A DNA stretch of 64,000 nt from Longimicrobiales bacterium (GCA_965197725.1 CBDANQ010000055.1:1-64000), one strand, 5' to 3'; positions 1 to 9,809 are shown, counted from the first letter of the stretch. The notes: a model not told the origin generated them from the sequence alone. Program-made: numbers and translations.

Positions 1-2
1 TC

Positions 3-164
3 GGTATGTGCTACACCATTCAGACCTTTTCAACACTCGATCCTGTCGACATCTGGCTCGCGATCGTGCTCGGACACTTCACGCGTGCTTCGTTGAGCGT
101 TGTCGTCTTTAGGCGCGAGAAGTGGCGGGACATCAAAGTCGAGCTCGGGGAAGCGAGAGCCTGA
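3..164 (+). CDS. C-terminal end of a MATE-family efflux transporter (partial, enters from left edge)
   Basis: Manual translation GMCYTIQTFSTLDPVDIWLAIVLGHFTRASLSVVVFRREKWRDIKVELGEARA*, resembling the MATE last helix and 'F..GKW..I.V' tail; TGA at 162-164. Confidence 0.6.
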   Translation, partial: GMCYTIQTFSTLDPVDIWLAIVLGHFTRASLSVVVFRREKWRDIKVELGEARA

Positions 165-249
165 CCTTCGCCGCGGTGGCTCGACCCGAAGCGGGCGGGC
201 CCCCATTATAGGGCCCCTTCCGTCCCTCGATCAGACAGCGACACCGCGT

Positions 250-462
250 ATGAGAAAGCAGTATTGGCTCATGAAGTCGGAGCCCTACGTCTACTCCATC
301 GACGACCTGGAGAAGGACGGGTCGACCTGCTGGGAAGGCGTACGCAACTATAGGGCCCGTAACAACATGCGGGATATGAGCGTGGGGTCCGTGCAAGCTG
401 TGACGAAGAAGGAGTTCGCTCACGTGAACGTGAAGAAGAAGAAGATGGCAGGTTACAAGGGG
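250..462 (+). pseudogene. EVE-domain protein, internally deleted
   Basis: MRKQYWLMKSEP...WEGVRNYRARNNMRDMSVG is the EVE N-terminus, joined directly to the C-terminal SVQAVTKKEF; the core is missing. Confidence 0.8.
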
Positions 463-649
463 GTGAGGTCCGCGCTCGCTGTCCTGCTCGTGCTCTTAGC
501 ACCGACTCCGGGCGGCGCGCAAGGAGTTCCCGACGCTGGCGGCTGAAACGCCGACCGGGATCAACGGCTACACCGTACCGGCCCTACCCCAGGACAGGCT
601 TCGTGAGATCAGGGAGCGAACGGGTCCGGCCTTGGGAAACTCACAGTAA
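463..649 (+). pseudogene. P1/DmpA-like peptidase remnant (signal peptide plus last ~35 codons)
   Basis: GTG 463 signal-like VRSALAVLLVLLAPTPGGAQ; after a frame change LAAETPTGINGYTVPALPQDRLREI...*, resembling the DmpA-family C-terminus (AAETMTG.NG..V.ALPH.RL). Confidence 0.6.
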
Positions 650-678
650 CCAGAGACCGTATCATCCAGGTGGAGACC

Positions 679-2274
679 ATGCGCAGCAACCTACCTTCGA
701 TTCCCCTAGTCGTCGCTTTGGCCACCCTACCGGTCGCGACCCCTCGCGCGTTGGATGCCCAGCGGCTGGCAACGGACGATCCCGTGCTTCAGCAGATCTG
801 GGATCAGGCAATGGACCATTCACACTTCGAACGGCTCGGGACCGCGCTACTCGATTCGATCGGTCCGCGCCTGACCGCGTCGCCTGGCATCGAACGCGCG
901 CAAGACTGGGCGGTGAAAACCTTCCAGAGCTGGGGCATCGAAGCACGGACGGAGCAGTACGGCACTTGGGAGGGTTGGGACCGAGGAGTGAGCCACATCG
1001 ACCTGATCGAGCCGCGCGTTCGGTCTCTGGAAGGGCGCATTCTGGCGTGGAGTCCTGGTACGGGTGGAGAGCCGGTCGATGGAGAGGTGACGTACCTGCC
1101 GACGATCAGCTCGCCCGCGGACTGGGAGTCCTTCCTAAGCACGGTGAGCGGCAAGTGGGTGATGATGTCGTTCCCCGAGCCGACGTGCCGTGCGGACGAG
1201 CAGTGGGCCGAGTTCGGCACGCGGGTGTCTGTTCAGACTATGGCGCAAACACGCCAACAGGCCGAACGGGCCTGGAATTCGAGCCTGGGCGCCACGGGTT
1301 CGACCGACGGCCGCAGGCGAGATCTCCACACTGCGCTCGAGGGTGCGGGTGCCGCCGGCATCATCACGTCGCAGTGGCCGGGTTCGTACGGCACGACACG
1401 CGTCTTCAACGCGTACAACCGAGAGACGCCCACCTTCGAGCTGGGCTGTGAGGACTACGGCCTCGTCCATCGCCTTGCGAAAGACGGTCGCAACCCGATC
1501 CTGCGCGTGGCGGCCGAAGCGGAGAACCGGGGGGAGGTGCCGGTCTACAACGTCGTGGCGACGATTCCGGGAACGGAGCTCCCACACGAGTACGTGATGC
1601 TCTCCGCGCACTTCGACTCTTGGGAAAGCGGCTCCGGCGCGACGGACAACGGCACGGGTTCGCTGCTCATGATGGAAGCGATGCGCATCCTGAAGGATGT
1701 ATATCCGAACCCGAAGCGCACCATTGTCGTGGGTCTTTGGAGTGGTGAAGAGCAGGGCCTCAACGGGTCGCGCGCGTTCACCGAGGACCACCCCGAAATC
1801 GTTGCAGGCTTGCAGGCGCTGTTCAACCAGGACAACGGCACCGGCCGTGTCGTGAACATGGACGCCCAGGGTTTCACGAAAGCGGGCGGCTCGCTGGCGA
1901 GTTGGCTTTCGCAGGTGCCAGCCGAGGTATCGGGCAACGTCGATCTGCGCCTACCCGGAAGCCCAGGCAGTGGCGGGTCCGACTACGCATCGTTCGTGTG
2001 TCATGGGGCCCCGGCCTTCAACCTCGGCGCGCTTTCCTGGGACTACGGCTCGCACACCTGGCACACCCACCGTGACACGTTCGACAAGCTCGTTATCGAC
2101 GACCTGAAGAACAACGCGGTTCTCGCGGCATCCCTCGTATACCTCGCTTCTGAGGACACCGAGCGAGTGAGCCGTGAGCGCCGCACGATCATCACCGATC
2201 GAGCGGGGCGCCCGGCTGAGTGGCCGACGTGCTCGCTGGCGGTCCGCAGATCGAGCAATAGCCCGCGCATGTAG
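679..2274 (+). CDS. Secreted M28-family metallopeptidase (carboxypeptidase Q-like, PA domain)
   Basis: Signal peptide; motifs DSIGPRLTASP, SAHFDSW, GATDNGTG, GEEQGL, SDYASF, HTHRDTFD; GGAG RBS. Confidence 0.9.
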   Translation: MRSNLPSIPLVVALATLPVATPRALDAQRLATDDPVLQQIWDQAMDHSHFERLGTALLDSIGPRLTASPGIERAQDWAVKTFQSWGIEARTEQYGTWEGWDRGVSHIDLIEPRVRSLEGRILAWSPGTGGEPVDGEVTYLPTISSPADWESFLSTVSGKWVMMSFPEPTCRADEQWAEFGTRVSVQTMAQTRQQAERAWNSSLGATGSTDGRRRDLHTALEGAGAAGIITSQWPGSYGTTRVFNAYNRETPTFELGCEDYGLVHRLAKDGRNPILRVAAEAENRGEVPVYNVVATIPGTELPHEYVMLSAHFDSWESGSGATDNGTGSLLMMEAMRILKDVYPNPKRTIVVGLWSGEEQGLNGSRAFTEDHPEIVAGLQALFNQDNGTGRVVNMDAQGFTKAGGSLASWLSQVPAEVSGNVDLRLPGSPGSGGSDYASFVCHGAPAFNLGALSWDYGSHTWHTHRDTFDKLVIDDLKNNAVLAASLVYLASEDTERVSRERRTIITDRAGRPAEWPTCSLAVRRSSNSPRM

Positions 2275-2318
2275 CGACTTTTCTCGTCCTTCACGGACCG
2301 CTGGAGAGCACCGATCAG

Positions 2319-2662
2319 ATGATTCAGAATTACGTAGGCGGCGCCTGGCGCGAGGCCTCGTGACCGAGCACGGCAAGGTGCTCGCCGAGACACGCGGTGG
2401 GGTGCAGCGCGGCATCGAGAACGTCGAGCACGCATGCGGTGTCCCGACGCTCATGATGGGCGACACCGTAGAGCAGATCGCCGTCGGAATCGACAGCGCG
2501 TCGTGGCGCCAACCATCGGGAGTGTTCGGCACCGTCGAGGGGCTCGAGGGCGGCTACTGGGTAGCGGCTACGGTCTTCGAAGACGTACCGCCGGACGTCT
2601 CCATCGCGACCGAGAAGGTCTCCTTCTACACCGATCAGCGGGTCGTCATCTCACGCTGGTGA
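2319..2662 (+). pseudogene. mmsA: CoA-acylating (methyl)malonate-semialdehyde dehydrogenase remnant with multiple internal deletions
   Basis: MIQNYVGGAW start, then EHGK...RGIENVEHACGVPTLMMG...RQP.GVF, then GYWVAATVFEDV, then FYTDQRVVISRW stop; about 110 codons of a ~490-aa family. Confidence 0.8.
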
Positions 2663-2694
2663 GCGACTCCGAATCCCAGGGCACGAGACAAACC

Positions 2695-4011
2695 ATGACT
2701 GTTTCGACGGTGAGCGCGGGCGCCACGAGCGCCGAGATCGTAGGAGGGCAGAAGGAGTACCTGCTACCTTCGTTGTTGCACTTGTACTCGGAGCCGCTAG
2801 CCCTCGTGGAAGGCGAGGGAGTCCGGGTCCGGGACGCGGAAGGGCGCGAGTACCTCGATCTGTTCGGCGGCATCCTCACCACCTCCGTGGGCCATTGCCA
2901 TCCGCGTGTCGTGGAAGCGATGACGTCGCAGATGAACCGGCTCGGGCACGTTTCGACGCTGTACGCGAACGAGCCGCAGGTGGAGGCGGCGAAGCGCATC
3001 GCGGACATCGCTCCTGGGGCTCTCAAGCGCACCTTCTTCAGCAACTCGGGCACCGAGGCGATCGAGACCGCGCTCATGATGGCATGCCTCGCCACGGGCA
3101 GGACCGAGATCGTCGCGCTCCGGGTCGGCTACCATGGCCGCTCCTTCATGGCGACAAGCGTTACGGCCCACTCCGGGTGGCGGCCTCTCGCAACACCGGT
3201 GGCGGGCATCAAGCACGCGATGTCTCCGAACCCGTATCGATGCCCGTTCAAACAGCCGTGCGACGACACCTGTGTCGACAAGTTCGTCGACGACCTCGAA
3301 GAGGTGATTTGCACCACAACAAACGGCCGTCCAGCCGCCTTCATCGCCGAGACCATCCAGGGCGTGGCGGGCTATGTCGTACCTCCCGCCGGCTATTTCC
3401 AGAAGGCGGGCGAGGTCATCCGGAGCTACGGCGGCCTGCTCATCATCGACGAGGTTCAGACGGGCTTCGGACGGTGTGGAACGCACTGGTTCGGCATCGA
3501 GCACTGGGGGGTCGAGCCCGACATCATGGTCATGGCCAAGGGTATCGCCAACGGAGCTCCCGTCGGTGCCACGATCACGACGGACGAGATCGCGCACGGG
3601 TGGAAAGGCAAGACGATCTCGACATTCGGGGGCACGCCCGTCTCGATGGCGGCGCTGTGCGCGACGCAGGACGTGCTACGCGAGGAGAACGCGCCCGCCA
3701 ATTCCGAGGCCCGCGGGGCTCAGCTCCGCGCCGGTCTCGAGCAGATCCGGAGCCGCCACGCCTGGATCGGGGACGTACGGGGCATGGGCCTCATGCAGGC
3801 GGTGGAGATCGTGAAGGACCCGACCACGAAGGAGCCCGATATCGAGCGGACGTCGAAGCTGATCGAAGCCACGCGGGACGAGGGCGTGCTGATCGGGCAG
3901 GGTGGGCTGAACGGTACGGTTCTTCGAGTCGGCCCATCGATGCTGATCAGTGAAGAGGACATCGCCGAGGGTGTGCAGAAGCTCGGCGCGGCCTGCGATA
4001 GGGTGGGTTGA
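2695..4011 (+). CDS. Class III PLP aminotransferase (AGXT2 / beta-alanine aminotransferase-like)
   Basis: YLDLFGGI, FSNSGTEA, YHG, IAETIQG, LIIDEVQTGFGR, MAKGIANG, STFGG. Confidence 0.92.
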   Translation: MTVSTVSAGATSAEIVGGQKEYLLPSLLHLYSEPLALVEGEGVRVRDAEGREYLDLFGGILTTSVGHCHPRVVEAMTSQMNRLGHVSTLYANEPQVEAAKRIADIAPGALKRTFFSNSGTEAIETALMMACLATGRTEIVALRVGYHGRSFMATSVTAHSGWRPLATPVAGIKHAMSPNPYRCPFKQPCDDTCVDKFVDDLEEVICTTTNGRPAAFIAETIQGVAGYVVPPAGYFQKAGEVIRSYGGLLIIDEVQTGFGRCGTHWFGIEHWGVEPDIMVMAKGIANGAPVGATITTDEIAHGWKGKTISTFGGTPVSMAALCATQDVLREENAPANSEARGAQLRAGLEQIRSRHAWIGDVRGMGLMQAVEIVKDPTTKEPDIERTSKLIEATRDEGVLIGQGGLNGTVLRVGPSMLISEEDIAEGVQKLGAACDRVG

Positions 4012-4021
4012 GGCCAGCGCC

Positions 4022-4180
4022 GTGCCGTTTCTCGGACTGTCCCTGGACGCCTGGCTTCTCCTGCCGGCTTCAGTCGGCCTCGGCCTCGAAGTCGCTTTCC
4101 TGAGGGCGCAGAAGCGTCATTCAGCCGCACGCGATGATGGTGCGGGAGCTGCTCAGGACGATGCTGGGGATGGTACGTGA
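4022..4180 (+). CDS. Small single-pass membrane protein preceding a symporter remnant
   Basis: GTG-PFLGLSLDAWLLLPASVGLGLEVAFLRA; GTGA overlap with the next remnant. Confidence 0.4.
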   Translation: MPFLGLSLDAWLLLPASVGLGLEVAFLRAQKRHSAARDDGAGAAQDDAGDGT

Positions 4181-4302
4181 CGTCTCTGACCGTCATCGGA
4201 GTCCTGGTCGGCTACGTGCTCGTTCTTCTCGGAATCGGCTTCTGGGCGAGCCGGGAGTCCAGCGACCTCAAGGGCCTGTCTTCTGACCGCCTGGAGCTGT
4301 GA
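4177..4302 (+). pseudogene. N-terminal remnant of a sodium:solute symporter
   Basis: (M)TSLTVIGVLVGYVLVLLGIGFWASRESSDLKG resembles SSS TM1, then stops after ~41 codons. Confidence 0.6.
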
Positions 4303-4483
4303 CTAGCTGCCTCCGGGAGGCGCAGCCCGCGTCGGGCCGCCTGCCGCCGCCCCCCACCGCACCGCGTTCGCCCACAGCGTGGTGAGATCGCCAGAGGTCG
4401 CGGCCGGGAACGATGAGATCGCCACGAAGCGCGCAGAGCCCCGTGAACCAGCGCGCAGAGCGCGGCGGGCCAAGCGCGATCAC
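4303..4483 (-). pseudogene. Possible remnant of a third gene of the minus-strand operon
   Basis: GTGA-coupled start MIALGPPRSARWFTGLCA; another frame ends ...LTTLWANAVRWGAAA...GGS* (ThuA/GATase-like C-terminal helix pattern). Confidence 0.3.
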
Positions 4484-5855
4484 GTGCCGAGCTCCGTGAA
4501 GACGAGCCCGACGGCAAGCGAGATGGCGAGCCCGCTAATACGGGCCCCAGACTGCCGAGTTCCTTTGGTCCAACCGCCGCCAAGGTCGAGCTTGAAGCTG
4601 CCTCCGTCGAAGCCAAGGCCGGCCGCGAACTGCCGGCTGCCCCCACTCTCGAATGCGATCCCGCCGCGGCCGCGCAGCGCTTTCCACGCGTGTTGCACTC
4701 CGGCCGCGACACGGTCCGATGCCGCCGGTATGAGCGCGCCTTCACCCCACGTCTTGGCGCCCGTAAGCTGCAATTCGGTTCCGGTGGATGCCTTCCATCC
4801 GATTCCGACGCGCGTGATTCGAGGTAGGAAGGACTCCTCATACAGGTTCGCGGAGGCGGCGTATGCCTCGAGCGTGGCGCCGCCCGGGTCGAAGTCGGTG
4901 GGCTCGAATCGATTAATGATCTCCCGGATGTCGATCGCGCCGATCTCGTTCTGATCGAACGCCGACTGCGAGACAAGGAGGTTTCTGCTCCAGTACATGC
5001 GTTGCCACAGGTTTTGGATCGCGAAGCTCGCGTACAGTCGGGGGCGCACCTCGTAGGTCACGCCTACATCGAGCCCCAAGCCGTTCCCGCCGCGCGCTTC
5101 GGCGGTGGCTGCCGCGGCGGACAGCAGTACGTTATCAACGTCGATCTCCGGCTCGAAGACCTTGCCGGTGAGCAGCTTTCGGCCGCGCACGTAGCGCACT
5201 GCGAAGCCGGCCGCGAATCGCGGGTCGAAGTCGAAGCGCTTCCCCATGCCTAACGTCACGGTCGTGAGCATGAAGCTACGCAGCGCGGTGTTTTTGGCCG
5301 CGTATTCGTTGATCAGCTCGGGGTTGAATCCATGCACCGCGAGGTCGATCAACTCGCGGCTCACCAGCGCCGAAAGCACGGTGTGGTTCCGCACGACGAG
5401 GCCGCCGTTCTTGTACGTGAAGCCGAACGTCGGTATGTCCGTGTTACCTGATGGATCCGGCAGGTCGAGCGCCTCGGCGAGCAGCGCGGCGGTCGTCCCC
5501 TCAGATACCGCGTCGATGCGCAGCCCGTCGTCGGGCACGTTGTCGAGTATCCCCGCCTCACCGCCCCCGGCGGCGGTGGCGATGTCGCTCAGCTCCCCCA
5601 GGCTCGCCCCCGTCACCAGCACTCGTCCTCCGTGCAAAGAGGCACCGAAGGAGAACGCCACCGAATCTTGGATGTAGACGTTGGCGGGATTGAACTCGAT
5701 CGCGGCGAAACCACGCGTTAGCGCGAAGTCCGCCCCGGCCATGGAGGCGGAGCGTGCCCATGGGCTGGTGCATTCAGCGACGGCCCGATCGCGAGCCCCA
5801 AAAGCAGAGCGAGCACGGGGCGGATGGCGCTGCCTACGGACCGCTCCGGGCTCAC
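4480..5855 (-). CDS. Outer-membrane beta-barrel protein (DUF5723/TraF-like), frameshift near 5770
   Basis: ARSASMAGA...NPAN N-terminal motif, GLGLDVGVTY strand, amphipathic C-terminal strands; signal peptide MSPERSVGSAIRPVLALLLGLAIGPSLNA starts at GTG 5855 in a different frame. Confidence 0.65.
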
Positions 5856-6964
5856 GCCGATGACCGCTGCAGCCGCAGGTCGATGAAGAGCGTGGCCGTC
5901 GTCTTCGTGCCATCCTCGTTGCCGAATTCGAAGCTGCGCTCGCCGCGCACGATGAGCTGCTCACCGGCGCCCGATGTGCGGATCTCGAACCCGACCGTAC
6001 GTTGCCCGGTGGACGTCTCGTGCAGGGTGATGGAGCGCTCGTTCACCGTGATCGAAGACCCGCCACCTGGTCCGTTCGTCACGAAGACATCATCGACCTT
6101 GAAGGAGGTGATCGCCCGACCGAGCTGCACGCGCAGGGTGCCCTGGACGCTGAGCGAGCCTGTTGCCCTGGTCGGCACTCCGGCCACGAAGTCGGTGAAA
6201 TCGAGCGTTCCGGTCGCGGCTGGGTTCAACACCACTATCTCCGAGGAGAGCCTGTCCCGGATCTCATCCGAGGCCCACAGCTCCATCGTTCCGGATTCGA
6301 AGCAGCGGGGGACGTCGCCTGAATGACCGCATTGGATCACGAAAGTGACCGACGTCGCTGCTTGCGTCAGCGCGGCCGAGCCGGACGGCGCCGAGACGCC
6401 GACTAGCGTGAAGTTCCCACCGCCCAGGCTCGGTGGGGTTTGGGCGACTACGCTCAGAGCGTTGTCCGCCACGACCGCGGCCATCGCTCCCAGGGCGCTG
6501 AGCTTCCCGTGCATGATCCCTGAGGTCAGATCGAAGCTGACGCCAGCGGCCGTGATCGGCTCGTCGACGTTCTCCGTCGCGATTCCGAGACGTAAGAGGT
6601 CCTTGCTCGCGATCGAGTCGGCGAGCACCTCGACGTCCATCGCTACCGGCTGGTTCACCTTGAGCGCGCGGGGGGATATTCGGAAGAACGTGCCCGGAAT
6701 CAGTGTGCCCTCCGGGGAACCGGGGAACTCTCCGAGGTCGGTTTCGATCGATATCGAGATTCTGGCCGCGCGCTCCAGCGCATCCGGCGGGAACTCGAGG
6801 GACATTCCCAGTGGATGGCTGATCCGCCCACCGCTCGGTCCGATCGAACGCTCCGTTGTGTGCGCTGGGTCGGTCTCGAACGGGAGGCTCTGGCTCTCTT
6901 GGGTGCAAGAGGCCAACCCAGCCGTCAGAAGGGTGATGGCCATTAGGGAGAGGGCGCGATGCAT
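5852..6964 (-). CDS. Lipoprotein with N-terminal ZU5-like domain
   Basis: Lipobox LAS-C; IGPSGGRISHPLGMSLEFPPDAL resembles the ZU5 GP.GG.L....G..L.IP.GAL motif. Confidence 0.6.
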   Translation of the reverse strand: MHRALSLMAITLLTAGLASCTQESQSLPFETDPAHTTERSIGPSGGRISHPLGMSLEFPPDALERAARISISIETDLGEFPGSPEGTLIPGTFFRISPRALKVNQPVAMDVEVLADSIASKDLLRLGIATENVDEPITAAGVSFDLTSGIMHGKLSALGAMAAVVADNALSVVAQTPPSLGGGNFTLVGVSAPSGSAALTQAATSVTFVIQCGHSGDVPRCFESGTMELWASDEIRDRLSSEIVVLNPAATGTLDFTDFVAGVPTRATGSLSVQGTLRVQLGRAITSFKVDDVFVTNGPGGGSSITVNERSITLHETSTGQRTVGFEIRTSGAGEQLIVRGERSFEFGNEDGTKTTATLFIDLRLQRSSA

Positions 6965-7070
6965 GAGACAACGCTGAAGCCGACCGGGCTCCGAGGCAAC
7001 AGTCCCGCGCGTTGACTTCTCCGCTGGCCGCATCCCTGAGAGCCCCGTACGATGATGCCGTGTGGTCCGC

Positions 7071-7281
7071 GTGGGTCGCGATCCCGATGGACTCGGCAGC
7101 GTTGCGGCTGCCGGATCGGCCTCAGGCTGCGCTCCGGGGGCGGATGAAAGCGGGCTCGCGCCCGACATGGTCGTCGTGAACGGCAACGTGCTTACCCAGG
7201 ACGATGCTCAGCCGACCGCGGAGAGTGGAAGGTCGTGATGGACCTCGGCGGTCCCACGACCCGCCCCGGTGAAGGCGGCTG
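7071..7281 (+). pseudogene. Chimeric remnant: amidohydrolase-3 N-terminus joined to an NTF2/DUF4440-like C-terminus
   Basis: ...GCAPGADESGLAPDMVVVNGNVLTQDDAQPTAE then, in another frame, EWKVVMDLGGPTTRPGEGG*. Confidence 0.55.
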
Positions 7282-8352
7282 ACGATCACTGCTCTTCAGC
7301 CACTGCTCTGGCGTCATCGTCCGCTGGCGTTCACGCGGGTTCATTCGGAACCAGCGAGCGACGAGCAGGATCTCGGCGGCTTCCTCGGGCTCGAGTCCGC
7401 AGAGCCCCGGATCGGTCTCGCCGTAGACCTCTTCGATCTGGCGCGCGAGCCGCTCCCGTTCACACGCTCCTTGGGGATAGGGGAGATCCTTCCGGATTCG
7501 GCCGCGCCTCATCAGATAGATGCGGTCGTCTCCACGGAAGCCCGGGACCCGATAGGTGAACGTCAGGTCCTCGACGCGCCCTCGAAAGGCGAGCAAGTCG
7601 TCTCGGAAGTGCCTGAGCCGATCGAGGCGATCGCGCAGTAGCGCCGCGTACTCGAAGTCCATGCGGGCCGCGGCTACGCACATCTGCTGTTCCAGCTCTC
7701 GAAGCGGCTGCTCGGCGCGACCCTCGAGGAATCGACGTGCGACGTCGACCGCCTGTCGGTACTCGGCCGCCGTTGGGCGCCCACAACACGGCGCCAGGCA
7801 AGTGTCGAGGTCTGCCCTGATGCAGCGCGGCATACGCCCGCCTGGGAAGATCTCGAGTTGATCGTCGAAGAAGACCGGGGTCGTCGACGGGCAGTCGCGG
7901 AGCCGGAGCACGTGAGCGAGGTCGCGGACGGTGCGGGCGAGGGCGCCGACTCTAGGGAACGCACCGTAGTACGTCGCGCCGTCCTTGGCGACGCGCGTAA
8001 CCGGCAATATTCTTGGAGCCTGCTCACGCGTGACCTTCACGAACGCGTAGATGCGCTTGCGCTTGTGCTGGACGTTGAAGCGCGGCTGCCACTTCTGGAT
8101 CAGCTTCATCTCGTGGATGAGCGCCGCGAATTCGTTGGGGACGTACTCCCAAGAGACCCGTCCGGCTTCGCTGATGAGCTCCCATGCCTTCTCGCCGTTT
8201 GAGGACCGGAAGTAGGATAGAAGCCGTGCGCGCACGTGCACCGATTTCCCGACATACAGCAACTCATCCCCTGGACCGTACATGCGATACACGCCCGGGC
8301 GGTTTTCCGCCTGGGCTCGAATGTGTTCGCGAAGGGTCGGGTTGGGGCGCAT
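7192..8352 (-). CDS. UvrC/Cho-like GIY-YIG excinuclease with UVR domain
   Basis: RPGVYRM..LLYVGKS..VRARLLSYF, FNVQ, Cys cluster (C...C...CLAPC), UVR motif M..AAARMDFEYAALLRDRL; no RNase H/HhH C-terminal half. Confidence 0.85.
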   Translation of the reverse strand: MRPNPTLREHIRAQAENRPGVYRMYGPGDELLYVGKSVHVRARLLSYFRSSNGEKAWELISEAGRVSWEYVPNEFAALIHEMKLIQKWQPRFNVQHKRKRIYAFVKVTREQAPRILPVTRVAKDGATYYGAFPRVGALARTVRDLAHVLRLRDCPSTTPVFFDDQLEIFPGGRMPRCIRADLDTCLAPCCGRPTAAEYRQAVDVARRFLEGRAEQPLRELEQQMCVAAARMDFEYAALLRDRLDRLRHFRDDLLAFRGRVEDLTFTYRVPGFRGDDRIYLMRRGRIRKDLPYPQGACERERLARQIEEVYGETDPGLCGLEPEEAAEILLVARWFRMNPRERQRTMTPEQWLKSSDRQPPSPGRVVGPPRSITTFHSPRSAEHRPG

Positions 8353-8491
8353 GGGGGTGTGCGCGGGCGCTCTAGCGGTGAGGGTGGCGCTTTCGTTCTT
8401 TCTTCGGGAAACTAGGGACGGTGGCCATGCGCCGCCAACAGTGTCCCGTTCGCCCATTCACGACTCTCTGCGGCATCCAGATACTTACACC

Positions 8492-9790
8492 ATGAGCACT
8501 ACGGTCCCCGGAAAAACGATCAGGGATTCTCTCTGGAACACGATCCGGCTCGATCCCACAGCCGTGCGGATCGTGGATACCCCCGAGTTCCAGAGACTGA
8601 GGTACATCCGTCAGCTCGGGTTTGCGCACCTCGTCTATCCGGGTGCCACGCACACGCGCTTCGATCATGCACTCGGTGTCTATCACCTGACGATCACCGC
8701 GTTGCGCCGCTTGCGAGATCGGGGCGGTGTCGAGCCGGAGGCTTGGGAGGGCGAGGAGCTGGTGCCTTATGCAGGCCTGCTGCACGACATCGGACACTAC
8801 CCGTTCTCTCACGCGCTGGAGGAGTTAGAGGCTGAACACGTGCCGGTGCATCACGAGGAGATGAGCCAGCGTTTTTTCTCCTCGCCAACGTTGCGCGACG
8901 CGCTCGCACCTCTTGGCCTCGCAGCTCCGCATCGGATCCACGAGCTCATCTCGGGTGAGAGTCATCTCCCGCTTCGAGGGCTCGTGAGCGGCAGTCTCGA
9001 CCTCGACAAGATGGAGTACCTGCGCCGCGACGCTCGCTTCTGCGGAGTGCCCTACGGCGAGGTCGATGTCTCGCGGCTGCTCCAGGGCCTCGCTCTGCTC
9101 GAGGATCCGGAGACCGGTGAGTTCGAGGTAGGTGTGCACGAGAAGGCGATCGCCGCGCTCGAGTCGCTGCTGTTCGCCAAGTACCAGATGTTCAGGAACG
9201 TGTATTGGCACCACGGAGTGCGCGCGGCCACGGCCTTGTACAAACGCATCGTGGAGGAGTCTGTCCGGGCGGGTCTTCTCGATCCAGAAGAGCTGATCGG
9301 TCCGACCGACGAAGAGTTGTTGCACGAGATTAGCCGGCGCTCACAGGAGGATGACGGAGAAGTAGCAGAAAGAATCGCGAGTCGGTGGTTGCCGGCCTTG
9401 AGGCAGCGCCGTCTCCCGAAGCGGGCGCTCGAGCTCACTGCCGCGGACCTCGCCGGACGTCAGGTAGAGGATTGGGCCGTCGGTGACTCCCCGTGGAAGC
9501 GAGTGGTCGAGGACGACCTTGCTGCGGAACTGGGACTCGAGCCGGGTGAAGTCGTCATCGACTTCCCAGCGAAGCCCGCGATGTTTCAGCCCGACGTCCT
9601 CGTAGAGCGGCGTGGTGGGGAGATAAGCCGTCTCGGATTGGGGGGGCTTCCGGGCCTGCTGGACCTACCGAGACTCGCGCAGCAGTTGTACGCGACCGCC
9701 CGAGTGCTGAGGGTCTTCACCTTCGAGCGGCGGGAGGTCCCGGACGAGCAGGTGCTGGATCGGATCACGCGCCCCGTCGGCAGCGTCTAG
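8492..9790 (+). CDS. HD-domain phosphohydrolase (dNTP triphosphohydrolase-like)
   Basis: EFQRLRYIRQLG..YPGATHTRFDHALG, LLHDIGHYPFSH, LDLDKMEYLRRD, VYWH. Confidence 0.9.
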   Translation: MSTTVPGKTIRDSLWNTIRLDPTAVRIVDTPEFQRLRYIRQLGFAHLVYPGATHTRFDHALGVYHLTITALRRLRDRGGVEPEAWEGEELVPYAGLLHDIGHYPFSHALEELEAEHVPVHHEEMSQRFFSSPTLRDALAPLGLAAPHRIHELISGESHLPLRGLVSGSLDLDKMEYLRRDARFCGVPYGEVDVSRLLQGLALLEDPETGEFEVGVHEKAIAALESLLFAKYQMFRNVYWHHGVRAATALYKRIVEESVRAGLLDPEELIGPTDEELLHEISRRSQEDDGEVAERIASRWLPALRQRRLPKRALELTAADLAGRQVEDWAVGDSPWKRVVEDDLAAELGLEPGEVVIDFPAKPAMFQPDVLVERRGGEISRLGLGGLPGLLDLPRLAQQLYATARVLRVFTFERREVPDEQVLDRITRPVGSV

Positions 9791-9809
9791 TGTCCTCGCG
9801 CTTCGCCGA

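Noticed and set aside
422..446. GAA repeat as a phase-variation tract
   Set aside because: Short, in-frame and inside a pseudogene
100..546. 148-aa ORF as a genuine protein
   Set aside because: Composite of the MATE tail overlap, the EVE remnant and the peptidase signal-peptide remnant
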